This document shows positions 63,959 through 64,000 of a stretch of DNA of 64,000 nucleotides, in pieces. This stretch comes from Alphaproteobacteria bacterium. Its GTDB lineage: Bacteria; Pseudomonadota; Alphaproteobacteria; MPNO01. Under the pieces are notes generated by a model. The model saw only the letters and a program-made list of their open reading frames with translations, made no database searches and had not been told where the DNA came from. A program made the translations under genes and the position numbers. Numbering within the stretch: position 1 is the stretch's first letter; the number at the start of each line of letters is the position of its first letter. The stretch lies in NCBI GenBank assembly GCA_965248835.1, contig CBDFLJ010000002.1, positions 704,001 through 768,000 on the forward strand. Direction: 5' to 3'.

Positions 63959-64000
63959 CGACCTGAAGCTCCGAGGTGGTTGCGGCCTCCGCCTCCCGGC

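Overview
GC-rich window that looks alphaproteobacterial, probably marine or host-associated (inferred from gene content and an ankyrin relic). Intact metabolic blocks alternate with heavily eroded mobile and defence zones. (1) 1-12.8 kb: decaying polysaccharide genes (fcl, gmd, wcaJ, epimerase pseudogene), bioD/pntB/hsdR relics, nested IS5/IS6/IS66/IS3 fragments, and a type I hsdM followed by a Schlafen(AlbA_2)-GHKL-like protein with an atypical beta-rich C-terminal domain. (2) 12.9-29.9 kb: TRAP transporter, Rieske oxygenase and sulfatase; a 70-bp perfect palindrome; a probable HutC-controlled PhyH/ABC/hutC/hutU unit lacking the other hut genes; an isochorismatase-family hydrolase; a multicopper oxidase. 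(3) 30-34 kb: dead serine recombinase, FitAB/VapBC pair and sodC. (4) 34.4-51 kb: tupBCA beside a complete Tat-exported formate dehydrogenase cluster with many uncharacterised accessory genes, including a TupA-like/cytochrome c fusion and a WD40/cytochrome c fusion. (5) From a tRNA-Lys(CUU) 3'-half att site at 51175 to the end: sorAB-like sulfite dehydrogenase, then a toxin-antitoxin/prophage-relic island (HigBA, HEPN-like, AbiE, HigB relic with HigA-ImmA). No CRISPR array, rRNA or complete tRNA was seen. All family calls come from motif recognition, not database searches.
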